Source: the human T2T-CHM13v2.0 reference genome, Homo sapiens
NCBI RefSeq assembly: GCF_009914755.1
Contig: NC_060947.1
Direction: 5' to 3' (one strand)
DNA length: 64,000 nucleotides
The position numbers and the translations under genes were made by a program. The notes under the pieces are model-generated. The model ran no database searches. It was not told where the DNA came from and was given only the letters and a program-made list of their open reading frames with translations. Within the stretch, counting starts at the first letter, position 1. Each line of letters opens with the position of its first letter. This document shows positions 1 to 23,090 of this stretch, piece by piece.

Positions 1-4720
<4,720 letters not shown>

Positions 4721-4798
4721 CTGATGGAGAAATTTTAATCTACACATCCAAGAAGTTCAATGAACAAGTAAGATAAATGCAAAGAGGTCCACACCTAG

Positions 4799-5299
4799 TG
4801 TAGGATCCCTGAGTTCCTCCTCCTTTCTTTTTGTGTTCTGACCTAAAATCACAGAGTGCTTTGGCCATTCTTCCACCCAGCGAGCTGCAGGTTTTTCTCA
4901 GCAGGCTTGAACCCAAACCAAGGCCTTGAACATTCCCAGGCACTGATAAAGGTATCTGGGTTGTTGCCCAAGCACTGAAAGAAACTGACCCTAGCCCTGA
5001 ACAAATTCCTTAAAGCCTCATATAAACTCCATACCGTGACCCTTTGGCTGTGGACATACCTAAGTAGAACACCCCTTTTCTCTCATTGTCCCTCATAAGG
5101 ACAGAGTGCTGTCTCTAGGAATCGATGGAACTGGACTGGATCCCTGAGTAAATATTTTAGTCCAAGGGGAGGTCCACAAGCGATCTGTCTCTGCAGCACT
5201 CTGTATGTAAATTCCCCCAATATGCATTTTGGGCTTATCGCCCTGGCATTTAGTGCTTCTGTTTTTGGAATCCCAACTCATCCCATCTCAGGATCATTT
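4799..5299. mobile_element. Older LTR (ERV1-like, family not identified) that hosts the HERV-E insertion; continues at ~14750-14820
   Basis: Begins with TG, has LTR-like composition with a TATAAA-like motif, is interrupted at the ATTT target-site duplication, and is itself flanked by L1 ORF1-like sequence (4720-4798, 14820-14960). Confidence 0.5.
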
Positions 5300-5703
5300 T
5301 GTAGCAGGACGAGCCGCAGACAGAACCCCTCAGACACTGGGTTAAAGAAGGAAGAGGCTTTATTCGGCCAGGAGCATCGGCAGGCTTGCGTCTCAAGAAC
5401 TGAGTCCCAGAGAAAGAGTTCTTGGCCCTTTTAAGGGCTTACAGCTCTAAGGGGTCCACATGAAAGGGTCGTGATAGATTGAACAAGCATGGGGTACATG
5501 GCTAGGTGGGGGTGGTGAGCAAGGCAAGTGTTTCTCCATACCATTGTCTGTGATCTATAGACAGCACAAGCGGTTAGGGTGTGGGTTAATCTTTAACCTA
5601 CGGGCCTGGCCAGTGGTGCTGATCAGTCTGTTATTTTTTCAGTTTTTACTTCCTCCTTTTCTTTGGAGATAGGGGACAGTAGGAGAAATGGCCTCTCTCC
5701 TCA
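5300..5703 (-). mobile_element. HERV-E 3' LTR
   Basis: TGAGGAGAG...GAATAAAGCC...GTCTGCGGCTCGTCCTGCTACA on minus (LTR2-type end); preceded by the polypurine tract AAAGGGGGGAA (5704-5714). Confidence 0.9.
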
Positions 5704-5782
5704 TTCCCCCCTTTGAGAACCTCACTCACTAGTGGGAGTTCTCATTATCATCCTCACTATCTAGATCTTCCTGTGAGACAGA

Positions 5783-7812
5783 TCAATAGTGATTCATGTA
5801 GTATACTTGTGCTGAGGTCTTTTGATGAACTAAGGTGATAACGAAGCTTCTTAGTAACTGGAGAAATATGGGTAACATACAGGGGAGTAACATGCAGGTT
5901 CCTAACACCATTATCATTCCTATTATAAGAGTTTTAAATCCTCCTAGAGCTGGAAGCCATTTTCCAAACAGGGATCCAGGATCAAACCTATGCCAAACCT
6001 GCATGGGTACATGTGCCAGCTTTGTCATGTCTCTAACTATATTTTTGACTACTTGTCCTTGATCATCTCTTTGCAGACAGCACTTGGTCAAGTTGAATTT
6101 TTCACAGACTCCTCCTTCAGCTGCCAGCAAATAGTCTAAGGCCAATCTATTCTGATAGATGGCATTTCTCATTTGGGTTTCCTGCTGGGCTAAAAGAGTT
6201 AAAGCTCTGCCAGTTTCACTAGTGATTATTTCTAAGATGGCCTGTAACCGTATGATCCAGTTGAGCATGTAGATGGGGGTATGGTATCCCTATGAGTCGT
6301 CTTGTGCCCATGTGGCAGGCCTATAGTACTGTATGATCCTTTCGGGGCACCACTCATCATCTTTCCAATTTGCTATAGCTATGCTCCTCTTTTCTTGGGA
6401 GGCATAGACAGGGAAACCTAGGAGGTCACCTGTTTTTATGGGCAGTAGGAAAAAGGATGGCTTAATGGTGCCAATGACACAACTACCTGCCCATTGATCA
6501 GGTAACTGAGTGTAGGCTCTGTGCCTACATATCCAGTATAGTCCAGCGGGAGCCATCCAGTCTTGATGAGATTGTGGATGGGCCTAAGCAGTCTGTAATT
6601 TAGGAAATTTACTGAAGGGATTATTTTCAGTATGGTTTAGACCCCACCAGGTGACTGTCCCTGTGTCCCTGTTATGCTTTTATACAGCTTCTGTCCTAGA
6701 CAATTGAGCCTTCCTACAGGGATGGTGAAGTCTTTTCCTTTTCTAGGTATGCAGTATTGTCCATTAATAGAGGTTTTCAAGACCCAAAAGTTGCTAGTTT
6801 GGGCCTTCTGGACTGGAATTATGTCAGGAACTGGATCAGTAGGCACTAATTCTTGGGTTTCCCAAGGCCATCAGTCTCCCATAGTGGTTCCCTCACATAC
6901 ATAACAGGAAGTAACATTGAGGGAATGAGCTACATATTCTGCTAACTGGAGAAACAAGTTCTTTGTCCTTTTTTGTGGAAGCTCTGGTGCTGGCAGATTC
7001 AGCTCATCATAAAAGGTCTGAAACACTGGTTTGGAAGATCGCTTGTGGACCTCCCCTTGGACTAAAATATTTACTCAGGGATCCAGTCCAGTTCCATCGA
7101 TTCCTAGAGTTACATACTCTCCTGTTTTCCAGCAGGGATCAAGGGGATTGGTAATTAGTAGTTCAATGGGTTACAGTGACCACTAGTGCAGGAAGAGTTA
7201 CTCTTTCCTTTTTGAAGGCGGACAGGGTCCTTCTCATCTTTTTTTCCAGGTGGCCTAAATGACACAGGACCAGTAACTACATTCATCACTTCACAGTCCT
7301 AATTCATGACAAACATACTTATTTTCTACTATATAGCCCCTTTCCCAATCTAGAGAGCCACATCTTATTCTATTTCCATATGGGTCACTGTTGATTGCTG
7401 CACAGGCATCAAATTTTAAGATAATTTGTTTGGGGACTCCTTTCTCTTCTGTTCTAGTTATTACTTTACTAGTATCAGCTTTTCCCCAGCTGCCAGTCCT
7501 CGATCTTATTTCAAAAACAGTAGTCATAGGGGGGCTCAGATGGGTTATAGTACACATCAGACTGGTCACTTCCTGGGCTACATACCTTGTATAGAGTAGC
7601 ATTATACAAACAAGTTCCTTTTAGAGTCCCAGTACACTCATACTAACTATAAAATAATAGGACTGCAGCAACCTTTTGTCCTACCTTAGTGACTTGATTT
7701 TGTCCTACCTTAGTGACTGGGAACAGTTCTCAGTCTGAGGAAGGTCAGCTGAAGTCCTTACTGTACAAGTCCAAAATTTAAGGAAAATGAGTCCCACGAT
7801 GAGTTTTCTCAT
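5783..7812 (-). pseudogene. HERV-E env (disrupted; TM segment open 5783-6268)
   Basis: Immunosuppressive domain [17 protein letters not shown] followed by a CC motif and a hydrophobic TM stretch; degenerate furin site QEKR in ORF 6290..6556; SU region broken. Confidence 0.88.
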
Positions 7813-7834
7813 GCTTTGGCCATGCGTGGACCAG

Positions 7835-12118
<4,284 letters not shown>

Positions 12119-13712
12119 TCAGTCCAGTAACCCTTCTGCCAGATTAAACAAGGCCCTTTCGTCCTTGTCTGAGGCCTCCTGCTCAGTCACCTTGTTTCCC
12201 TTTCAACTGGGGGCACTTGTCCTTCCAACATCCCATTTCCTTACAGTAAGCACACTGGTTACGCTGCAAGCGTGGATGGCCGGACTGGGTATTTTTCCTG
12301 GGGCCCCCCTTTCTCGCCCCTTCGGGGGGGACCCCTCTATTGCTGTGGCTAGCAGGTCGGCGTTTCGCTGGGCTTGGCGTTCGCTCTCTCTGCAGTTCTC
12401 TCTGCGGCTTACAGCATCTCTATTCACAAACACCTGGTTGGCTATCTCCAATAACTGTGAAGTGTTCATGCCTGCAAACCCAGCCTGCTTATGTAGTTTT
12501 CTTCTAATGTCTTCTGCACTTTGACTAACTAAAGCCATGTTAATCATGCGCTGGTTTTCAGGGTTGTTGGGATCAAAGGGAGTATACATACAATAGGCCT
12601 CACATAGTCTCTCGTAAAATTGTGCTGGACTCTCTTCCTTTCCTTGAATAACCTCAGATATTTTATTTATATTGGTGGCCTTCTGAGCTCCTTTCTTTAA
12701 CCCTTCCAGGAGGGCTTCCCTCTACCAGTTTAGCCTTTGCATACCCTGTCTTTCATTTGGGTCCCACTGGGGGTCTGTTCCTGGTAACTGGGCCATCACA
12801 TACTCTTGGGGGTTTTTGTAATCAGCCGGAACATGTTCCTCTAGCCACTTAGTCGCTGCTTGGAGCACCCTTCGCCGTTCATCCGTGTTAAACAGGCACA
12901 TGAGCAACTGGTGGCAATCAGCCCAAGTAGGGTTGTGGGTCTGGATAATAGTTTGGAGCAAATCAATTATAGCCTGAGGCTTTTCAGTATAGGATGGGGT
13001 ATTGTTTTTCCAATTGAGGAGATTGGCAGAGGTGGAGGGTTGGTACACAAAGGCACGCCTTTCCACCATATGCCCGTCCTCGTTTACCCCAGTATACCGT
13101 TGCTCTCTCAGGGGCATTTGTATCCCAGTTTTAGGCCTCAAATGGGCTACCAAGTGAGGAGTTTCTCCTGAGGTCTTGCATCCTTTCTTTTCTACTCTAG
13201 GTGGCCTAGGGGTATGTAGGCCTTGTGGAAGCTTGGGCACAGTGGCCTCAGGAGTGGGAGGCCTTCTTTCTTGGTGAAAGGAGGGGCCACTGGCACTGTT
13301 TCTTGCCATGAATCCTTTGATGTTGGGTCGGACAGGACTTTAGGCGCCGACTTCCCTCAGTGGGTGAAGCGGGATTCTTCCTTGGCTGTCTGTCCCTTTG
13401 CCACTAGTACTGCTGCTGCCTGTCCTCTTAACCACTGTAGGGGGTCTAAAACCAGCTGTAACCAAGTGTCTATGTATGGAAAGTGGTCTGGGTTTTCTGG
13501 CTTACCAGTTACCTTGTGCCATACCTTTGAAACAAAGGACCTGTCTAGGCCTCCTTCTGATGGCCAACCCACTTCTAATGCTGGCTAATCTATCTCACTT
13601 AGGTCCTAAGTTTTCCTGGGGTCATAGTAACCCCATAATCTCCATTAAAACCTTTTTTGAAATTCTTTAACATAGTTCCTAATGGAGTGGTCTTACTTTG
13701 CGTCTCACCCAT
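12119..13712 (-). pseudogene. HERV-E gag (disrupted)
   Basis: MGETQSKTTPLGTMLKNFKKGF start at 13712; capsid-like ORFs 12722..13309 (LLNWKNNTPSYTEKPQ...HNPTWADCHQLL) and 12203..12589; TGA at 12121-12119. Confidence 0.85.
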
Positions 13713-14362
13713 CTCCACCCCCACCCAAGACAAAAATGGCACTCACGACACAAGAAGGGAAAGGGTAAAGGGGTCACCCACTCTCCTCGGCAGTCACTGG
13801 CCGCTTCCCTCGCGGGAATCTCAGATACTCTTAGCTTAAGCAGGCTGGTACCAGGCGCCAGCACGAACTGCCACTTAGCCATGTGAGGTATCCTACGGAA
13901 CTGCAGCTTGGGGCTCAACGCTCACTTTGGATGGCGACCACTGTCCATCCTGTGCCCGTCTAAAACAAGCATTCACTCACTTTCACTTTCCTTTTTTTCA
14001 AACAAGCCAAGCCAAATCATAATCAAAACTGAGACCAAAGTGCCGATAAGGGCACACTGTGGGTGATCAGGCCACGCTTCCACTCAAATGGAGTGGGTAA
14101 GTTCCCAGGACTGGTCCTACCATATTCCAGATGTCCAGACTCCAAGTGCCAGTTCCTTCCTGGTGTTCAGCCGCTGCATTGATCCTCTGTGGGGGCCTGC
14201 CATGCACCGCTCTGACGAGGTGTTCCACGAGGGCAAATGCCTACCCGGGAGTGCTCTCAGGATCCGCGTTGCTCAAACTGGCCGGAGTCCCCTGCAGGGA
14301 TGCTCCGCAGGGCAGGCCTAAGCCGCCTAAGGGGCTGCCTCGACCATCGTTAATCACCTCGC

Positions 14363-14380
14363 TTCCCGGTCAGGGAACCA
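14363..14380 (-). promoter_or_regulatory. Primer-binding site for tRNA-Glu
   Basis: The plus strand reads TTCCCGGTCAGGGAACCA, the 3' 18 nt of tRNA-Glu including CCA; this defines the HERV-E group. Confidence 0.9.
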
Positions 14381-14385
14381 AGAAA

Positions 14386-14745
14386 TGTAAGGAAGAGGCT
14401 TTATTTGGTCAGGAGCGTTGGCAGACATGCGTCTCAAGAACGAAGCCCCCCTAAGAAAGAGTTCCTGGCCCTTTTAAGGGCTTACAACTCTAAGGGGTCC
14501 ACGTGAAAGGGTCGTGATAGATTGAACAAGCATGGGGTACATGACTAGGTGGGGGTGGTGAGCAAGGCAAGTGTTTCTCCATACCATTGTCTGTGATATA
14601 TAGATATCACAAGCGGTTAGGTTGTGGGTTAATCTTTAACCTACAGGCCTGGCCAGTGGTGCCGATCAGTCTGTTATTTTTCAGTTTTTACTTCCTCCTT
14701 TTCTTTGGAGACAGGGGACAGTAGGAGAAATGGCCTCTCTCCTCA
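14386..14745 (-). mobile_element. HERV-E 5' LTR (LTR2 family, probably LTR2C), with ~45-bp U5 deletion
   Basis: Starts TGAGGAGAGAGGCC on minus; aligns to 5300-5703; directly followed by the primer-binding site. Confidence 0.9.
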
Positions 14746-15289
14746 ATTTCAGCCACTCCCTTGTGGGAACTCCCTTACTGCTCATTTTTGAGAGATTCCA
14801 GCCATGGTTAGACAGGACAAAACACTCAGGCACATCATGGTCAAAAATCTTGAAATCCAAAGAGAATATCTTGCAAGCACAAATAGAAAAATGACCTGTC
14901 ACCTATAAGGAAACTCCAATAAGATTAAGAGTTGACTTCTCATCAGAAACAAGAGAGCCCAGAAGACAGCTAAAATCATATTTAATGGTGAAAGACTGAA
15001 TACCTTCCACCTAAGATCAGGAACAAAACAAGAGCGTCTGCTCTTGCTCCTTCTATTCAATATCATATTAGAAGTTCTAGCCACGGCAATTAGGCAAGAA
15101 AAAATAGGCATTCAGGGCCGGGTGCAGTAGCTTACGCCTGTAATCCCAGCACTTTGGGAGGCCGAAGCAGGTGGATCACGAGGTCCGGAGTTTGAGACCA
15201 GCCTGACCAACATGGTGAAACCCTGTCTCTACCAAAAATACAAAAATTAGCCAGGCATGGTGGTGCGCGCCTGTAATCCCAACTACTCA

Positions 15290-15421
<132 letters not shown>

Positions 15422-15499
15422 TCATGCCTGTAATCCCAGCACTTCAGGAGGCCGAGGCAGGCAGATCACAAGGTCAGGAGATTGAGACTATCCTGGCTA

Positions 15500-15688
<189 letters not shown>

Positions 15689-16092
15689 TTAGCTCAAAAT
15701 TGGCTGGGTGCGGTGGCTCACGCCTGTAACCCCAGCACTTTGGGAGGCTGAGGTGGGCAGATCATCTGAGGTCAGGAGTTCAAGACCAGCCTGGCCAACA
15801 TGGTGAAGCCCCATCTCTGCTACAAATACAAAAATTAGCTGGTGTGGTGGCGCATGCCTGTGATCCCAGCTACTCAGGAGGCTGACGCAGGGGGAATTCC
15901 TTGAACCCAGGGAGGGGAGGTTGCAGTGAGCTGAGATCGTGCCACTGTACTCCAGCCTGGGTGACAGAGCAAGACTCTGTCTCATATATATATATATATA
16001 CATATATACACACACACAATGTATTTATATATATATATGTATATACACATGCACAAATGGCCAATAAGCACAATGAAAAGATGCTTAAAATC

Positions 16093-17160
<1,068 letters not shown>

Positions 17161-17430
17161 AACATTTATCTAAAGCATATAAAAACATAATTATTTATTA
17201 GGAAAATGCAAATCAACCATAATGAGATCCAACCTCACATCCACTAGGATGTTATATTAAAAAATACAGACAAGGGGCCAGGCACGGTGGCTCACACTTG
17301 TAATCCCAGCACTTTGGGAGGCTGAGGTGGGTAATCCCTTGAGGTCAGGAGTTTGAGACCAGCCTGGCCAAAATGGCAAAACCCCATCTCTACTAAAAAT
17401 ACAAAAATTAGCTGGGTGTGGTGGCACTCA

Positions 17431-17756
<326 letters not shown>

Positions 17757-18388
17757 CTACTGAGGAGACTGAGGTGCAAGAATCACTTGAACCCGGGAGG
17801 TGGAGGTTTTTTTTGCAGTGAGCCGAGATGGTGCCACTTCACTCCAGCCTGGGCAACAGATCGAGACCCTCTCTCAAAAAAATGTATAGACAATAACAAG
17901 TGTTAGAGACGACTTGGAGAAATTGGGAACCTCATACATTGCTGGTGGGATTGTAAAATGTTGCAGTGACTTTGGAATATAGTTTAATAGCTCCTCAGAA
18001 TGTTAAACTTACCCAACAATTCTACCCCTAGGTATATACTCAAGATAAATGAAAACATATGTCCACTCAAAAATTCATACACAAATGTTCAGGGCAGCAT
18101 TATTTATAATAGCCAAAAAGTGGAAACAATCCAAATGTTCATTTACCAATGAATGTATAAATAAAATATGGTATGCCCATACAAGAAATATTAATTAGCA
18201 GTATAAAGGAGTGAGGTACTGGCACAGGCTACAACATAGAACTTCAAAAACATTGTGCCTTGGGAAGGAAATCACAAAAGACCACATATTGTATGATTCA
18301 ATATTTAGGAAATGAGAATAAGCATATCCGTAGAGATAGTGTGTTAATGGTTGCCAAGGGCTGGAGAAGTAGAGCTAAAGGTTGTGGG

Positions 18389-18690
18389 GCAGACTCTGTG
18401 ACCGTGCCTGCGGTCTCAACTACTCGGGAGTCTGAGGCAGGTGGCTCACTTGAGTCCAGGAGTTCGGGCTGTAGTGTGCTATGCTGATTGGGTGTTCACA
18501 CTAACTTTGTCATCAATATGGTGACCTCTCAGGACTGGGCACCACCAGATTGCCTAAGGAGGGGTGAATCTACCCACGCTGGAAACAGCAGGTCAAAACT
18601 CCTGTGCTTCTCAGTAGTGGTATCGCAACTGTGAATAGCCACTGCACTCCAGCCTGGGCAACATAGCAAGATCCCATCTCTCTAAAAAAA
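18389..18690 (+). pseudogene. Processed 7SL RNA (RN7SL) pseudogene
   Basis: Alu-like ends enclosing the 7SL-specific S domain (GCTGTAGTGTGCTATGCTGATTGGGTGTTCACACTAA...CATCAATATGGTGACCTC...TTGCCTAAGGAGGGGTGAA); short A tail; degenerate target-site duplication aaaggttgtggg / aaaggctataggg. Confidence 0.88.
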
Positions 18691-18855
18691 GGCTATAGGG
18701 TTTATTTATTTATTCATTCATTCATTCATTCATTCATTGAGACAGGGTCTTGCTCTGTTGCCTAGCCTGGAGTGCAGTGGTGTGATCAGGACTCACTGTA
18801 ACATCCACCTCTCCTGCTCAAGTGATTCTTCTGCCTCAACCCCTGAAGTACCTAG

Positions 18856-19181
<326 letters not shown>

Positions 19182-19184
19182 TGA

Positions 19185-19367
<183 letters not shown>

Positions 19368-19648
19368 TAAATTTACAATGGGATGATGATTGCACAATCT
19401 TGTGAATATACTAAAACCAAGTGTACACCTTAAATGGGTGAATTGTATGGTATGTAAATTATATATATATCTCAATGTCTATTAAAAAGTTATTAAAAGA
19501 TTGCAATAATTTTCTACCCATGATCTCCTGTATTTCAAACAAAAAGTCTGAAAGTTGATTCAGAAAAATACAGGTTACATGGTTTTGGTTTTTTGTTGTT
19601 GTTCTGATTCTTAACATGAATATATGTATTTTGTTTACATTCGAGTAG

Positions 19649-19930
<282 letters not shown>

Positions 19931-19995
19931 TGATCTGCCCACCTTGGCCTCCCAAAGTGCTGGGATTACAGGCGTGAGCCACCGTGCCTGGTCTA

Positions 19996-20202
<207 letters not shown>

Positions 20203-20309
20203 TCAGAAGGCTGAGGCAGGAGGCAGAGGTTTCAATGAGCCGAGATGGCGCCATTGCACTTCAGCCTGGGCAACAGAGCGAGACTCTGTCTCAAAAAAAA
20301 AAAAAAAGT

Positions 20310-20641
20310 TAAGGGGTACATGTGCAGGTTTGTTACATAGATAAACGTGTGTGATGGGGGTTTGTTGTACAGATTATTTCATCCCCCAGGTATTAAGTCT
20401 GGTAACCATTAGTTATTTTTCCTGATCCTCTCCCTCCTCCCATCCTCCAATCTCCAATAGGCCCCAGTGTGTATTGTTCCTCTCTATGTGTTCATGTGTT
20501 CTCATCATTTAGCTCCCACTTATACTGAGAACATGCAGTACTTGGTTTTCTGTTCCTGCGTTAGTTTGTAAAGGATAATGGTCTCCAACTCCATCCATGT
20601 CCCTGCAAAGGACATGATCTCATTCTTTTGTATGGCTGCAG
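20310..20641 (-). mobile_element. L1 3' end fragment (older L1PA/L1PB type)
   Basis: GGGGTACATGTGCAGGTTTGTTACATAG...TCCATCCATGTCCCTGCAAAGGACATGATCTC is the reverse complement of the L1 ORF2 end and 3' UTR. Confidence 0.8.
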
Positions 20642-21391
20642 CTAAGCTTTTCACAAAGAGCTTAAATAACATACTGAAGGTGAGGAAGCAGGTAAAAGCA
20701 GTCAGACTTGAACCCAGGCTGCCTAGCACCAGAGTTTGGAGTCTTACCCAATTCTCCATATTGGCTCAGGGCTTGTGCTATGTTTTCAGCCTAGCTTTGT
20801 CCACTGCCCTTCTTCACCTTCCATCCTTCCCCATACCCTTGTAAGCCTCCCGCCCCCAAGGTTCATTAAGGCAGACTCCAGAGCCACGTACTGTTCACAG
20901 CTCCAGAAAAGTACCCAAGGTTTTTCACGCCTGGCTGTATTTGTCATGATAGAACCTCTGCATGAAAGGCAAGGGGGTCTGTGGGGCAGACGACTATCCA
21001 TGACATTATTGTCCTTACAGCCCAGAACGATAAAGGCTAGGGGATTGAAGAGGCGGAGAAAGCGGTTAGAGACTCTCCATAGAAATTGTCTCAGCCCCGC
21101 CCCTTAAATTCACTTTCTAGCCGCAGCTCCTTGAATTTACGTCCGAGCCACGCCTCCAATTAAACTGTCTCCCCACCCTCATCTCAAGTAATCCCCAAAG
21201 CTCCACCTCCTTAAAGAATCTTGGGCCCGGCCATTTGAACACCTCCAGACCTTATCTTCCTATCTCCCTTTAATAAAGCGCAGAAAACATTTCTCAAATA
21301 ACACCTTTAGGATTATCTCCAAATATGGTCACACACACAGGCAAACTCCATTCGGCCCACCCTGGAGAATGCTACTTCAAAATTTGGCTCC

Positions 21392-21585
21392 TGTGGGGAA
21401 CATCGCACACCGGGGCCTGTCGTGGGGTGGAGGGATGGGGGAGGGATAGCATTAGGAGATATACCTAATGTAAATGATGAGTTAATGGATGCAACACACC
21501 AACATGGCACATGTATACATATGTAACAAACCTGCACGTTGTGCACATGTACCCTGGAACTTAAAGTATAATAATGATAATAAAA
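21392..21585 (+). mobile_element. 5'-truncated L1PA 3' end inserted in the left inverted-repeat arm
   Basis: GGGATAGCATTAGGAGATATACCTAATGTAAATGA...GCACATGTACCCTGGAACTTAAAGTATAATAA plus A tail; 13-bp target-site duplication AAAATTTGGCTCC (21379-21391) / AAAATTTGACTCC (21586-21598). Confidence 0.9.
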
Positions 21586-22049
21586 AAAATTTGACTCCCG
21601 AACCTTCCAGAGCACACCCTTTAATCAGCCTCTAACCGTCATCCCATTCCTGACATCGCAAGCCCCGCCCCCATGGGCCTATAGGCTCCATCCCCATGAC
21701 TCACATTTCAGGCCTGCCCCTTCGCTGCGTGCTCGCCCCCAGCACTCTCCAGGCCTCAAGCCCTCGGAAAGGACCCTCAAGGCCCCGCCGACCAGAACGG
21801 GGATCCAGCTACGCACACTCAACTAATCTGGCCCTCACCTACTGCGATAACCCTCAAGGAATATTCTAGGATAACCCCAAGGATCCTTCGAAGCATCCTC
21901 CGAAGCATCCTCCGATCCCCGCCCTCCCAAATCGCGCCCCTTGGCCCCACCCAAGGCAGGGCAGTAGCTGCTGACCCCCCAGGCCTGCTCCTCTGAACCC
22001 AGCTCCTCTCCGAACCTGCCCCCTGGGAGGCCCCACCCCCGTCACACAC

Positions 22050-23090
22050 CCTCCTTCCGGCGCAGGCGCAATGTGGCGCCCGCCCTGTGTACTAGCGCCG
22101 CCACATCGACCGCAGCCCTCGCAGCCAGGGGGCGCGCGTCCAGCCGCGCCAGGAGCGGAAGGGCGCTGGGGCACGCGGGCGGGAGGGGCCCAGGCCTGCG
22201 CGCAAGAGGGGACAGGTCAACGCCGACCATCGGCCTCCGCCAACCCCCATGCTTCCGGACGCTCAAAGACTAGAAATGCCCCTCAGGATACCCGGCGACC
22301 CCTGGCCACTCCCTCGGTAGTTTCGGAGGTCACTGCTGTCCCTCCCCTCTCATGCGATCCCCGACCATCGCGGGTAGCGGGTGCACCCCCAGCCTGCTCT
22401 CACGGTGTCCCTGGAGATCGCTGTTTGACTGCAATAGTCCTAGACACCTCCGAACACCCCGTGAGGTCCTCGACTGCCCCCTAATCACCCTGGATGCCCA
22501 ACTCTTCATCCACGATATCTCAGGGGACCCATTTCCCCCAGATATCCCGGGAGAACACGGCCTGACCCCGTAGCCCCGGAACCCCCAATTCCCCCTCTAG
22601 GTATCCTAGGCAACCGCTGCTACCCCCATGAATTCCCTCAGAGGGCCCGTTCCCCCCATGGCCCACATACCTCCAGAGTCCCCCTCCACAGGTCCCCAGG
22701 GGCCCCCAGCTCCCCTCCCCCCAGTTCACTAAGACCCTGAGTGCCCAGGTGTCCCCAGTGACCACGGGCAGACCCCTCCCCGCACATCTGCACGTCTCCC
22801 TGGAGACTCCTGAGAGCCCCTCCCCTGCTCTGGTGCGCGGCCCTTTCCCTCGTGTGTGGGTGTGGGTAGGGGACCTCCAGCCCAGCCTCCATCGCTGGGC
22901 CCCTGCCCCCTGCCACCTTCACTTGGGCGCCAGAGCCGCTCTGTTTACCACCTGTCAGAAGGAAAAGGTGTGGAGCAGACAGGCGGGACGGGGGTGGCGG
23001 CGACTCGCTCTGTCCTTCCCCAACATCCCCAATCCCTGTACTTCCTCTGCTCCCCTTAGGGTTCGCGGCGCCCCCTGTGCGCGGCTCCAT
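22050..23090 (-). pseudogene. Inverted partial duplicate of MAGIX: intact exon 1' (23090-23042) and degenerate exon 2' (22195-22050)
   Basis: Exon 1' encodes MEPRTGGAANPKGSRG with the same Kozak context and 49-nt length as MAGIX exon 1. Exon 2' is 146 nt vs 147 nt (1-bp frameshift) and its donor is GTGTGT instead of GTGAGT. No copies of exons 3-6 follow. Confidence 0.9.

Noticed and set aside
14363-14380. tRNA-Glu gene
   Set aside because: Only the 3' 18 nt including CCA are present, next to an LTR; this is a retroviral primer-binding site.
18389-18690. Functional 7SL RNA gene
   Set aside because: Many substitutions, an A tail and a target-site duplication indicate a retrocopy.
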